A DNA stretch of 56,417 nt from an uncultured Gammaproteobacteria bacterium (GTDB taxonomy: Bacteria; Patescibacteriota; Patescibacteriia; UBA9934; GWF2-40-263), in NCBI GenBank assembly GCA_964402425.1, contig CAYOCD010000006.1:1-56417 (forward strand), given 5' to 3'. This document shows positions 9,477 through 19,432 of this stretch, piece after piece. How positions within the stretch are numbered: the stretch's first letter is position 1; each line of letters begins with the position of its first letter. The notes under the pieces are model-generated. The model searched no databases, had not been told where the DNA came from, and saw only the letters and a list, made by a program, of their open reading frames with translations. The translations under genes and the position numbers were made by a program.

Positions 9477-10262
9477 TTATGTGTGAATCAGTTGGTCGAG
9501 TTTTACCCAATCTTCCAGTGTAAGGTTTTCTGCACGCACCCTCGGATCGTGTCCGATCGAAGTAAACAACGATTTTATCTCTTCTGTGGTTGTTTCAGGT
9601 TTTACATTACGAAGATACGGCAAAAGATTGTGATGCAACTGTTTACGACGTGAGATAAATCCCACTTTTGCAAGTGTAATCACACGTTCCGCAAACGGAT
9701 GCGGAGATGGTTTCAGATCAAATTGAACCACAGCCGAATCCACTTTCGGGATTGGTCTGAACGATCCAGCTTTCACATTCACCACACGCGTACAATCTGC
9801 GTAGAGCTGACACACAACAGACAACAAACTCATCTGAGGTGGTTTTGCAAGAATTCGATCCGCCACCTCCCTCTGCACCATGAGAATCATCCGAGATGGA
9901 CGAGGAGATTGCGTGAGAAATTTTTCAATGATCGGTGATGTGATGTTATACGGGATGTTTGCGATTAATTTATAATTGCGATCTTCGACCGGTAATTTCT
10001 CGATACGTAAAATATCACCCTCTATAAGCTCGATCTTGTCGCCAAAATGTTTTACGAGCGGCTCAATCAGATCATGATCAAGCTCAACTGCAATAACATG
10101 AGCTTTTGATCCAACAAGTGCTTGTGTGAGCAATCCTGTCCCAGGACCAATTTCAAGAACACGCTCCCCTTTCTTCAGATCTGCTGCAACCAAAATCTTA
10201 TCAACCACAGATTGGTCGATAAGAAAATTCTGACCGTACGATTTTTTTGCGCGAGGAAGCAT
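9477..10262 (-). CDS. rsmA: 16S rRNA (adenine1518/1519-N6)-dimethyltransferase
   Basis: The start SYGQNFLIDQSVVDKI and the SAM motif VLEIGPGTGLLT are typical of KsgA/RsmA. Confidence 0.93.
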   Translation of the reverse strand: MLPRAKKSYGQNFLIDQSVVDKILVAADLKKGERVLEIGPGTGLLTQALVGSKAHVIAVELDHDLIEPLVKHFGDKIELIEGDILRIEKLPVEDRNYKLIANIPYNITSPIIEKFLTQSPRPSRMILMVQREVADRILAKPPQMSLLSVVCQLYADCTRVVNVKAGSFRPIPKVDSAVVQFDLKPSPHPFAERVITLAKVGFISRRKQLHHNLLPYLRNVKPETTTEEIKSLFTSIGHDPRVRAENLTLEDWVKLDQLIHT

Positions 10263-10330
10263 AATGTGTCAGTTCAACCGACGAGTCATCGAGGAATGGA
10301 AAAACCCATGTTTAACACGAGATCTTTCGA

Positions 10331-10358
10331 CCTCGCTTCGCTCCACTCAAGATGACAC
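10331..10358 (-). repeat. Copy of the GTCATCYTGAG-GGAGCGAAG short dispersed repeat
   Basis: The minus strand reads gtgtcatcttgagtggagcgaagcgagg. This closely matches 14908-14928 on the plus strand. It is intergenic between rsmA and the epimerase. Confidence 0.6.
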
Positions 10359-10367
10359 AAAAATAAT

Positions 10368-11300
10368 TTACTTCTGTTTTTTCTTAAACCACTCAACCGT
10401 CTTTGCAAGCCCTTCCTCAAATTGAGTCTTTGGTTCCCAATCGAGCATCTTGCCCGCTTTGCGGGCATCTAGGACAGAACGCATAACTTCACCCGCAGCT
10501 GGTTTGGCATGTTGTTCTGGGAGTTTATACTCTGTTAGTTTTGCGAGTTTTTTAAAAAGCGTATTTACATCTGTTTCACGACCCGTTCCAATATTAAACT
10601 CGCCAACCACATTTTTCTGTGCCGCAAGCAGGTTTGCACGCACAATATCACCAACGTATACAAAATCGCGTGTTTGTTTTCCAGTTCCGTTAATCAAAAC
10701 AGGTTTTCCGGCAAGCATGAGAGTTGTAAAAATCGAAACAACACCCGCTTCTCCTTTTGCGTTCTGTCGCGGACCAAAAACGTTTGCGTATCGGAGTGCA
10801 ACGTAAGGCATGCCATGAAGTTTGTGTGCGAACGAAAGATACATTTCCGATGTGCGTTTTGAAATTCCGTATGGAGAAATTGGCTCTGCGGGAATTGTCT
10901 CCGCATACGGCATTTTTGCCGTGTCCGGATACATCACTCCCCCGCTCGATGAGAACACAATCTTTTTTACACCAATTTCCTTTGCAACACTCAAGATGGT
11001 GAGCAAACCCATAATGTTTGTCTTTGCATCTTCAAGAGGATTCTCAACAGACTTGCGCACATTGATCTGTGCTGCCAAGTGAAAAATCACCTCTGGTTTT
11101 ACTTTTTTAAGATAATCGATAAACGCCGGCGCATTCACGGAAAGTTTTGTGAAACTCGCATTCGGATTCACATTCGACTTTTGTCCGCTCGACAAATCAT
11201 CCACAACATAAACCTTCACACGCTTCGCAACGAGTGCGTCGACAAGATGAGAACCAATGAAACCGGCGCCGCCGGTAACAAGAGCTGTTTTGAATTTCAT
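10368..11300 (-). CDS. NAD-dependent epimerase/dehydratase (UDP-glucose 4-epimerase-like, extended SDR)
   Basis: Contains TGGAGFIGSHL, the catalytic YGISK (YxxxK) and YANVFGPRQ. The start is trimmed from the track's 11393 to MKFKTALVTGG at 11300. Confidence 0.85.
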   Translation of the reverse strand: MKFKTALVTGGAGFIGSHLVDALVAKRVKVYVVDDLSSGQKSNVNPNASFTKLSVNAPAFIDYLKKVKPEVIFHLAAQINVRKSVENPLEDAKTNIMGLLTILSVAKEIGVKKIVFSSSGGVMYPDTAKMPYAETIPAEPISPYGISKRTSEMYLSFAHKLHGMPYVALRYANVFGPRQNAKGEAGVVSIFTTLMLAGKPVLINGTGKQTRDFVYVGDIVRANLLAAQKNVVGEFNIGTGRETDVNTLFKKLAKLTEYKLPEQHAKPAAGEVMRSVLDARKAGKMLDWEPKTQFEEGLAKTVEWFKKKQK

Positions 11301-11310
11301 ATATGCATTT

Positions 11311-11353
11311 GTCATTGCGAGGAGTTCGACGACGAAGCAATCCTTGCGTTTAT
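11311..11353 (+). repeat. Left inverted repeat flanking the GIY-YIG gene
   Basis: Sequence gtcattgcgaggagttcgacgacgaagcaatccttgcgtttat. Its partner at 11633-11680 is the reverse complement with a 5-nt indel. Confidence 0.8.
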
Positions 11354-11634
11354 AGTGTATCCGATAAATCAATCCACTCTGGATTATCTGCAATAATTAA
11401 ATCAATCTTCTTTTTACGAGATCCACCCTTTAATTGTTTCTCGCGTGCGATAGCATCTCGCACATCCTCACAGGGCTCGACATATACAAGCTTGCTAATA
11501 TTATACTTTTTCGTAAATCCTTCCACTAATTTTTCTTTATGTTCAAACGCGCGTCTTGCGATGTCGTTTGTGACTCCGATATACAGAACTTCATTATTCC
11601 AATTTGTCATGATGTAAACGTAGTACATTTTCAT
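11350..11634 (-). CDS. GIY-YIG nuclease family protein (UPF0213-like)
   Basis: Contains YYVYIMTN..VLYIGVTNDIARRAFEHK...REKQLKGGSRKKK. The start is trimmed to MKMYYVY at 11634. Confidence 0.85.
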   Translation of the reverse strand: MKMYYVYIMTNWNNEVLYIGVTNDIARRAFEHKEKLVEGFTKKYNISKLVYVEPCEDVRDAIAREKQLKGGSRKKKIDLIIADNPEWIDLSDTL

Positions 11635-11680
11635 AAACGCAAAGATTGCTTCGTCGTCGATGACTCCTCCTCGCAATGAC
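11633..11680 (-). repeat. Right inverted repeat flanking the GIY-YIG gene
   Basis: The minus strand reads gtcattgcgaggaggagtcatcgacgacgaagcaatctttgcgtttat. Confidence 0.8.
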
Positions 11681-11687
11681 ATAAGCC

Positions 11688-12816
11688 TTACTCTCTATTT
11701 TCCTTCGCGAATCGATCTGACTTTCCGAGCTCCATGCGAAGATACGCTTCCATAAATGGTTCGAGTGCGCCTTCCAAAACTCCTTCTGCGTCTGTCGTTT
11801 CTTCATCGGTGCGATGATCTTTTACGAGTTTGTACGGGTGAAGCACATACGAACGAATTTGGTTTCCCCATTCGGCGGATTGATAATCGCCACGCAAATC
11901 TGATTTCTGCTTCTTTTGTTCTTCCACTTTCAACTGATGCAACTTTGCTTTCAAAATCTTCATGGCTGTTTCTTTGTTTTGCAATTGTGAGCGCTCGTTC
12001 TGACACGCGACCGCAATCTTTGTTGGCAAGTGAACAATGCGAACAGCCGAGTACGTTGTGTTCACACTCTGTCCACCTTTTCCGCCAGAAAGATACGTAT
12101 CGATGCGCAAATCTTTTGGATCGAGTTCAATATCTTCAATTTCATCCAATTCTGGAATCACTTCAACAAGAGCGAATGTTGTGTGACGCATCTTTTCTGC
12201 ATCAAACGGCGAAATGCGAACAAGGCGATGAACACCGGCTTCGGATTTCAAATATCCATAGGCGTATCTTCCGGTCACACGAACCATAATACTTTTAATT
12301 CCAACGTCTTCCGCGCGCGATTCGTCTAAGATCGTCATTTCAAACCCTTTTTGTTCAACAAATCTGGAATACATTCTGAGCAGCATCTGCGCCCAATCTT
12401 GTGCTTCCGTTCCTCCGCTTCCTGCGTGAATGGCAAGAATCGCCGTTGTGTCGTCGTGTTCCCCGGAGAAGAGCGTAGCAAATTCCATTTTCAAGAATCG
12501 ATGCTCGAGTCCTTCAAGTTTTGACGCAATCTCATCATGCATCGAGGTATCATTATTCTCATCCCCAAACGTTGCGAGCTCAAGAAGTTCATCGATCTCC
12601 GCAATGAATAACTCCCACACAGAGAGTTCACTGCGGAGATCCGCTGCGTGCTTGCTCACCTTCTGTGCGTTTTGTGTGTCATTCCAAAAATCGGATGCGG
12701 ACATTTGTACCTCAAGACTTGCCACCGTTGTCTTTACGGTATCGAGGTCAAAGTAACCCCCACGTCCGTACGGCACGATCGCGGAGGGCTTGGATGTTAT
12801 GGATGAGTTCGTGCAT
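11688..12816 (-). CDS. prfB: Peptide chain release factor 2 (requires a programmed +1 frameshift)
   Basis: The track ORF 11688..12776 carries the SPF/GGQ-type RF2 body. An upstream 22-codon ORF from the ATG at 12816 (MHELIHNIQALRDRAVRTWGLL) ends in CTT TGA C. Shifting +1 joins it to DLDTVKTT... Confidence 0.93.
12747..12753 (-). promoter_or_regulatory. prfB +1 frameshift site CTT-TGA-C with an upstream SD-like GGGGG
   Basis: The minus strand reads acg tgg ggg tta CTT TGA C. Coordinate arithmetic confirms a shift from frame 0 mod 3 to frame 2 mod 3. Confidence 0.9.
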
Positions 12817-12825
12817 ATGGACGAG

Positions 12826-12861
12826 CAATAAATGCTATAAAGGCGATAAAGGCTTTAAATG
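12826..12861 (+). repeat. Tandem 9-mer array (CAATAAATG CTATAAAGG CGATAAAGG CTTTAAATG)
   Basis: Read directly. It is an inverted partner of 12941-12967. Confidence 0.7.
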
Positions 12862-12881
12862 CCGAAGACTGCAAGGATCAT

Positions 12882-12930
12882 AGCAAAAAAAACACAAAAT
12901 CAAAAGACGAGCTTACAAAAACTCGTCTTT
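12882..12930 (-). terminator. Rho-independent terminator after groEL
   Basis: Stem AAAGACGAG/CTCGTCTTT followed by a T-rich tract on the minus strand. Confidence 0.75.
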
Positions 12931-12940
12931 CTATTTCGGC

Positions 12941-12967
12941 CCTTATGGCATTTATCGCCTTTATAGC
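12941..12967 (-). repeat. Tandem 9-mer array (GCTATAAAG GCGATAAAT GCCATAAGG on the minus strand)
   Basis: Read directly. It begins 12 nt after the groEL stop. Confidence 0.7.
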
Positions 12968-12978
12968 CTTCCTGTTCT

Positions 12979-14604
<1,626 letters not shown>

Positions 14605-14895
14605 TTATTCAACAATTGCCATGACATCACTTAAGGTGATGACCAAAAACTCTTCGCCATCAACTTTAATTTCATCCGGCGCGTATTTTTTAAAAAGCAC
14701 AACCTGCCCAACGGAAACAGGCATACTCGAACGATTTCCGTTTTCGAGCTCGCGGCCGGGCCCCACAGCAATAACCTCTCCACGTTCTGGGCGTTCTTTG
14801 TCTGCTGTATCCGGAATAATGATTCCAGACGCAGTTGTTTGTACCGCTTTAACCGCTTTGACGATCAAATGATCGTTGATGGGAGTGAGTTTCAT
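14605..14895 (-). CDS. groES: Co-chaperonin GroES
   Basis: Starts MKLTPINDHLIVKAV..ASGIIIPDTA. The start is trimmed from the track's 14958, because that extension reads through a repeat element. Confidence 0.93.
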   Translation of the reverse strand: MKLTPINDHLIVKAVKAVQTTASGIIIPDTADKERPERGEVIAVGPGRELENGNRSSMPVSVGQVVLFKKYAPDEIKVDGEEFLVITLSDVMAIVE

Positions 14896-14905
14896 AAGTG
14901 TTTCC

Positions 14906-14984
14906 GCGTCATCCTGAGCGGAGCGAAGAATCTTTCTTGCGAACAAATTCCGCTTCAAGTTCCCTCCTGTCGTCAGGATGACGC
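14906..14984. repeat. 12-bp perfect inverted repeat (GCGTCATCCTGA ... TCAGGATGACGC) enclosing a GTCATCCTGAGCGGAGCGAAG repeat copy
   Basis: The arms lie at 14906-14917 and 14973-14984 with a 55-nt spacer. The element sits between CIRCE and the groES start. Confidence 0.75.
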
Positions 14985-15009
14985 ATAAAAAATTAAGTGA
15001 GCTTTGAGC

Positions 15010-15036
15010 TTAGCACTCTATCTTCTAAAGTGCCAG
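15010..15036. promoter_or_regulatory. CIRCE-like HrcA operator (TTAGCACTC-N9-aAGTGCcAg)
   Basis: The left arm matches 9/9 and the right arm 6/9 to the consensus TTAGCACTC-N9-GAGTGCTAA. It lies upstream of groES, just downstream of a putative -10. Confidence 0.65.
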
Positions 15037-15043
15037 CTGGGAC

Positions 15044-15072
15044 ATTTTGGCGAAATCACCTTTGCCTGTCAA
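15044..15072 (-). promoter_or_regulatory. Putative groESL promoter (TTGACA-17-CAAAAT)
   Basis: On the minus strand the -35 TTGACA is at 15072-15067, followed by a 17-nt spacer and a weak -10 that abuts CIRCE. Confidence 0.4.
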
Positions 15073-15123
15073 GAAGATCATCTTTCTAAAAATGTTATAC
15101 TATTTCTGAATACATATCCTGTT

Positions 15124-16311
15124 ATGCGTAATTTAAACGAACAATTTTTCGATAAAGAAGTTCTTACCAAAGAACAAGTACCCACACCACAAGAAAAAAA
15201 TGATGTTGACCAAAAAGAATCAGAACCATCTCATTTTGTTTCTTATGAAATAAAAGACAAAGACGGAAACCGACTTTGTCAGATAAACCTCGAATTGAAG
15301 GGGGGTGTTTTATCTCGAAATAATGCTAGCCTGAACAGATATGGACAAACTCAGGAAATAAGATCTATTGCATTGGAGCAAAACGGAAAAACAATAAATC
15401 TTTTAGATCTCACTCAGATGAGCGAACCTGTTCAAATTTACATGCACTCAGAAACGCATTCCCATGGTTTTTTCTCTCCTGACAGCAGAAATATTGTTAT
15501 CCCTCGTCCAGATAATCCTATTCGTATTGCTATTGCGCTGCACGAATTAGGACATGCAAAGCAATACGAAAATCCATTTTTTAAAAACCAAAAACGAACA
15601 AAAAAAGATCTTGCCATTTCTTGGGAAGATGATCCTCGCGATAAACTAAATCTTTTAAAAGAATTGATTCCCGAATTAGATAAAAAGATTTCTGAAATTC
15701 CAAAAGAGATAATGGATCATCTTTTAGAGATTCGACTAGACCTTGCATCAAACCACTCAAGAATAAATACACTGGACCTAAAGCTAAGAAAAGTCTCAGA
15801 TCAGATAGAGGACCTTTTGGCAGACCCAAATGATCCTGATCCTATATTTGCATCCTTCTTCGATGAAAAAACACATCCAAATGCACACGATCCAAATTGG
15901 CAAAAACAAATTTTACAATTACGACAAGAAGGATCATTGATACGTGAAGAATTGGTTTCTTTAAAAGAACAACAAGGGAAAAAAGAAAATGAATTTGAAA
16001 TGATTATTTTACCAATACGAGATTTATTAAAAACCCCATCAAAAATAGAAGAGCGCGATGCAACACGCAGAGCATTTCAATGGATGGAATCTATTCGTGA
16101 ACAAATCGATACCGATCTTGCGGCCGCTCCAATTAATCCACACGAATATGAACTACCTTCTGACAGTCCGTGTTCAGAATCCACAACGCGACTTTATTCC
16201 ATCATCAATAAACAAAGCGAACAGAAAACAAAAGATGTTTTACTTCGCGCCCTTGGCACCTATGATGCGCTTGATCGTATTCCCATGCCAAAAAACATGC
16301 ACGACGAATAG
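15124..16311 (+). CDS. Hypothetical cytoplasmic HExxH protein with a coiled-coil-rich C-terminal half
   Basis: Contains the motif IALHELGHAKQ and has no signal peptide. The start is trimmed to MRNLNEQFF at 15124. Confidence 0.6.
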   Translation: MRNLNEQFFDKEVLTKEQVPTPQEKNDVDQKESEPSHFVSYEIKDKDGNRLCQINLELKGGVLSRNNASLNRYGQTQEIRSIALEQNGKTINLLDLTQMSEPVQIYMHSETHSHGFFSPDSRNIVIPRPDNPIRIAIALHELGHAKQYENPFFKNQKRTKKDLAISWEDDPRDKLNLLKELIPELDKKISEIPKEIMDHLLEIRLDLASNHSRINTLDLKLRKVSDQIEDLLADPNDPDPIFASFFDEKTHPNAHDPNWQKQILQLRQEGSLIREELVSLKEQQGKKENEFEMIILPIRDLLKTPSKIEERDATRRAFQWMESIREQIDTDLAAAPINPHEYELPSDSPCSESTTRLYSIINKQSEQKTKDVLLRALGTYDALDRIPMPKNMHDE

Positions 16312-16315
16312 GTTA

Positions 16316-17596
16316 CTAAGACGTATTGGGCAACCGAAGGCTTATTGCTAACACAAACGTCATAAGCGCAATTCCGGGCCACATTGAAAGCGGGTAATGG
16401 TCAAACAAGGAGAGAATGAGAAGCATGAGAAGAAGGGTGCTCGCAAAAATTCCGCCTGATGTTTTTTTATGGACAAAAACCAAACGCAAAATCTCAAATA
16501 CAAAATACCCAAAAGCAAGAAAACCAATGATACCGAATTCTGCAAGCAAAAGAAGAGGGGTGTTATGGATCGGCTGATAACTCCAGACGGGTTGTCCTTT
16601 CGATAAACTCTGAAGCGCAAACACATATGCACCAGGACCAACCCCAAAAAGCGGATCGATCTTAAACACGCTTCCGAATGTTTGATATTGGCTCGCGCGT
16701 TCTTCTAATGAGATCGCCTCAACACGAAGCGCTGGGTTGAACCTTGCAAGAACATGCGAGTGCAGCATGCCAATTGAAAGCAAAATCGTAATGAGACCAA
16801 CAGACAAAAGAGGAATTGCGCGATGCGGAACAAGCTTCTTGTCGTAAAAGGCTTGACCAAGAAAAACAACGAGACCAATCGTAAGCGCGAGCCAGGCTCC
16901 ACGAGAGAACGTGAGGATTAATGTCGAAGTGAACAGGACAATCATTGTAATCTGTAACCACCCTTCCCAACTCTTCATGCTTTTCAAGCCCTTCCGACCT
17001 TTCCAACCCTTTAACACAATTCCAATGGCAAGGTAACCGCCAAAAATGTTTGGGTGTGGAAATGAACCGTAAGCGCGCAAAGAACGAAACGCATCTGTCG
17101 CAACAACAGCAACTCCGGATGTCTCGACCTGTTTTTGTGCGAGACCAAGAAGAGTAAGTGCGGGACTGAAGCCTGTGAGATATTGAATCCACCCAAGAAT
17201 ACACGGCAAAATAAGCCCAACAAGAAATGTGTTTATACTGTGAGAAATTTTTGTACGTTCATCAAGCAACAATAATAAAAACATCCCAGCCGCAACAAGA
17301 TGACTCACCCACCCCAAACTCACGGCATACAAACGAGACCACCCAAGACACACAAAACTCACAGCAAAAACCACAAAAAGAGCACGGACAATCTGTTTAA
17401 ACTCTGGACGAACGATTGGACGACCGCGCAATACAAAAGCGATCGCCATCAATATCTCTGTTGCAAACACCCCAAGATTTCCGTATACCGTTGCTCCTTC
17501 TGGAAGCGAAACCATACGATAGAAAAAAACTGTTTGCCACGGGAGCAAAAAAAGGGCGGCTGTTAAAAAAGCATCTGCTATTTTTTGTTGGTTCAT
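16316..17596 (-). CDS. O-antigen ligase/Wzy_C family polytopic membrane protein
   Basis: About 10 TM segments, with FSRGAWLAL and GVGPGAY motifs typical of Wzy_C. Confidence 0.75.
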   Translation of the reverse strand: MNQQKIADAFLTAALFLLPWQTVFFYRMVSLPEGATVYGNLGVFATEILMAIAFVLRGRPIVRPEFKQIVRALFVVFAVSFVCLGWSRLYAVSLGWVSHLVAAGMFLLLLLDERTKISHSINTFLVGLILPCILGWIQYLTGFSPALTLLGLAQKQVETSGVAVVATDAFRSLRAYGSFPHPNIFGGYLAIGIVLKGWKGRKGLKSMKSWEGWLQITMIVLFTSTLILTFSRGAWLALTIGLVVFLGQAFYDKKLVPHRAIPLLSVGLITILLSIGMLHSHVLARFNPALRVEAISLEERASQYQTFGSVFKIDPLFGVGPGAYVFALQSLSKGQPVWSYQPIHNTPLLLLAEFGIIGFLAFGYFVFEILRLVFVHKKTSGGIFASTLLLMLLILSLFDHYPLSMWPGIALMTFVLAISLRLPNTS

Positions 17597-18552
17597 ACCA
17601 ATGTCTGTTTAACAAGCTCGCGATAGGTATTTTCAAATTCTGCACGACGATCCATCTCATGAAACTTCAACACATGGTCCGAGATCACCACGCGAGAATC
17701 TTTGTTTGCAAGGTTGCGAATCGTGAGAGGAAAACGTTTTTGAGAAAGAGATCGAAAAAATGCTTCAAGAATGCCCACATGAGGAATCATCAACAGAGCG
17801 TGCTTCGACTGATGAAGCGGATGCACATGTCTAGATGAAGCATTTGGGAGGAGATGATCCACCCACGTATTCTCATTCTCAAGTTTCTCAAGATGTTGAT
17901 CGTGATCAAACATCGGTACAAGCGACCTGAGCCAAAATGCAAAATAATGATCCCCTTCTTTAAGCCTGAGGTGATCCATGGCAAGTGCCTGTGTGGTCAC
18001 AAAAAAACTAAAACAAAACGGATCTTGATGAGATACCCCCGGACGTTTTCGAAGAGCGATAAATGGCGCGACCATCCAAAAACGCGTCGACCAGATTGAC
18101 TTTGGTTTTGTAATGACAAACAAATCAATATCGCTTTGTTCATTTGTATTCATGAACGCGATTGAGTTTACGGCTGCAAGCGATCGAGCGCTTGAGAATA
18201 ATCGAAAGTAGACGGAAGCTCGACGAAGTTTACGAAACTTTTTTGTAGCGTCAAGATAATGACGAGAACGAGTTGCGATTTCCACCCTCCCCCCAAATTC
18301 CTTTTCACCCCATCCACTCTCTCCGCCTTTTCCACCCAACCGATAATACCCACCTTCTTCGACCATTCGCTCCTTCACCCACGCACTCGATTCAATCACT
18401 CGATACACCTCCGACAAATCATACGCGCGCGCCGGCTCAATCAACCATTTCCAAATCTCAAATCCCGTGATTGGGCGATCAAACACGGCAAACCAACAAA
18501 GGGTACGAAGGATGGATTGTTCAAGATCTGTTGGAGAGGCAATAGAGTCCAT
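17593..18552 (-). CDS. Hypothetical protein (possible nucleotidyltransferase-fold, SDIDLFVIT)
   Basis: A 319-aa ORF that overlaps the downstream Wzy_C gene by 4 nt (ATGA). Confidence 0.55.
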   Translation of the reverse strand: MDSIASPTDLEQSILRTLCWFAVFDRPITGFEIWKWLIEPARAYDLSEVYRVIESSAWVKERMVEEGGYYRLGGKGGESGWGEKEFGGRVEIATRSRHYLDATKKFRKLRRASVYFRLFSSARSLAAVNSIAFMNTNEQSDIDLFVITKPKSIWSTRFWMVAPFIALRKRPGVSHQDPFCFSFFVTTQALAMDHLRLKEGDHYFAFWLRSLVPMFDHDQHLEKLENENTWVDHLLPNASSRHVHPLHQSKHALLMIPHVGILEAFFRSLSQKRFPLTIRNLANKDSRVVISDHVLKFHEMDRRAEFENTYRELVKQTLV

Positions 18553-18652
18553 AAATACAATAAACTGGATAGCAACAAAAGAATCATAGCAAGAATACGA
18601 ATCAATAGCTTGTGGACAAAAAAAATCGACACTTGTCGATTTTTTTCTTCAA

Positions 18653-18681
18653 CCTCTATTGCCTTTATGGTATTTATTGCC
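18653..18681 (-). repeat. Tandem 9-mer array (GGCAATAAA TACCATAAA GGCAATAGA on the minus strand)
   Basis: Read directly. It lies immediately after the yidC stop. Confidence 0.6.
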
Positions 18682-18683
18682 TC

Positions 18684-19406
18684 TTAAACCTTTTCCTTCC
18701 CCTTAAACACCCACCATTGTTGGACGATCGAGAATACCGTCACTGTCACCCAATACAAGGTAAGTCCGCCAGGAAGTTTCATTCCGATTAAGACTGTCAT
18801 GATAGGCATCATGTACATCATGGATTTGTTCATGCTTGCAAGCATGGACTCGTCTTTTGCCCCCTCTGTCTTTGCCACCGTTTTTGGTGGCTGGCGCTGC
18901 ATAAGCATGCGTGTCTGAAAAAACTGCAAGATACCAGCAAGCACAGCGAGCCAAAGATTGTTTTTTTCAAGATCAATCAATCCAAGAAAAATTGTGTTCA
19001 TGTCTCCTGGGTTTTGAATAAACCCATACAACTGATTCAGCGATGTTGCATCAAACCCATGAAACAACACTTGATAAAGCGCAATCAACACGGGAAGTTG
19101 AACAAGAATCGGAAGACAAGATGCAAGTGGATTCACTTTTTCATCTTGATACAACTTCATCATGGCTTTTGAAAGGGCTTCTTTGTCTGTTCCGTGCTCC
19201 ACTTTGAGTGCATCCAACTTTGGTTGCAATTCCTGCATGGCTTTTTGCGATTTGAGACTGGAGCTCATGAGTGGCCAGAGCGCGACTTTAATCAAAATCG
19301 TAAGCGCAATAATCGCAAATCCAACATCTGCTCCTGGAATGATGTTATACAAGAAAACCAGAAGGTTAAAAATCGGCTGAAGAAGGAACGTGTAAAAAAT
19401 ATTCAT
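18684..19406 (-). CDS. yidC: Membrane protein insertase YidC (short form)
   Basis: A 240-aa protein with ...KMQELQPKL..LYQDEKVNPLASCLPILVQLPVLIALY... and the YidC/Oxa1 core. Confidence 0.88.
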   Translation of the reverse strand: MNIFYTFLLQPIFNLLVFLYNIIPGADVGFAIIALTILIKVALWPLMSSSLKSQKAMQELQPKLDALKVEHGTDKEALSKAMMKLYQDEKVNPLASCLPILVQLPVLIALYQVLFHGFDATSLNQLYGFIQNPGDMNTIFLGLIDLEKNNLWLAVLAGILQFFQTRMLMQRQPPKTVAKTEGAKDESMLASMNKSMMYMMPIMTVLIGMKLPGGLTLYWVTVTVFSIVQQWWVFKGKEKV

Positions 19407-19432
19407 AGGAGGAAAGGAGAAAGTAGAAAGGG

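Noticed and set aside
12826-12967. The 9-mer arrays (TTATCGCC / TTATAGCC) might be DnaA boxes marking oriC.
   Set aside because: They match the TTATCCACA consensus at only about 6 of 9 positions. No dnaA or dnaN is nearby, and similar arrays occur at four other unrelated intergenic sites.
12826-12967. The same tandem short repeats might be a degenerate CRISPR array.
   Set aside because: The units are 9 nt, directly abutting and without spacers, and there are no cas genes in the window.
14896-14958. N-terminal extensions given by the track for groES, epimerase, GIY-YIG, nusA, yraN, argS, valS, the DHH protein, rnj, rplS and others.
   Set aside because: The extensions run through repeats, terminators or neighbouring genes and lack homology-like sequence. 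Internal ATGs give canonical N-termini.
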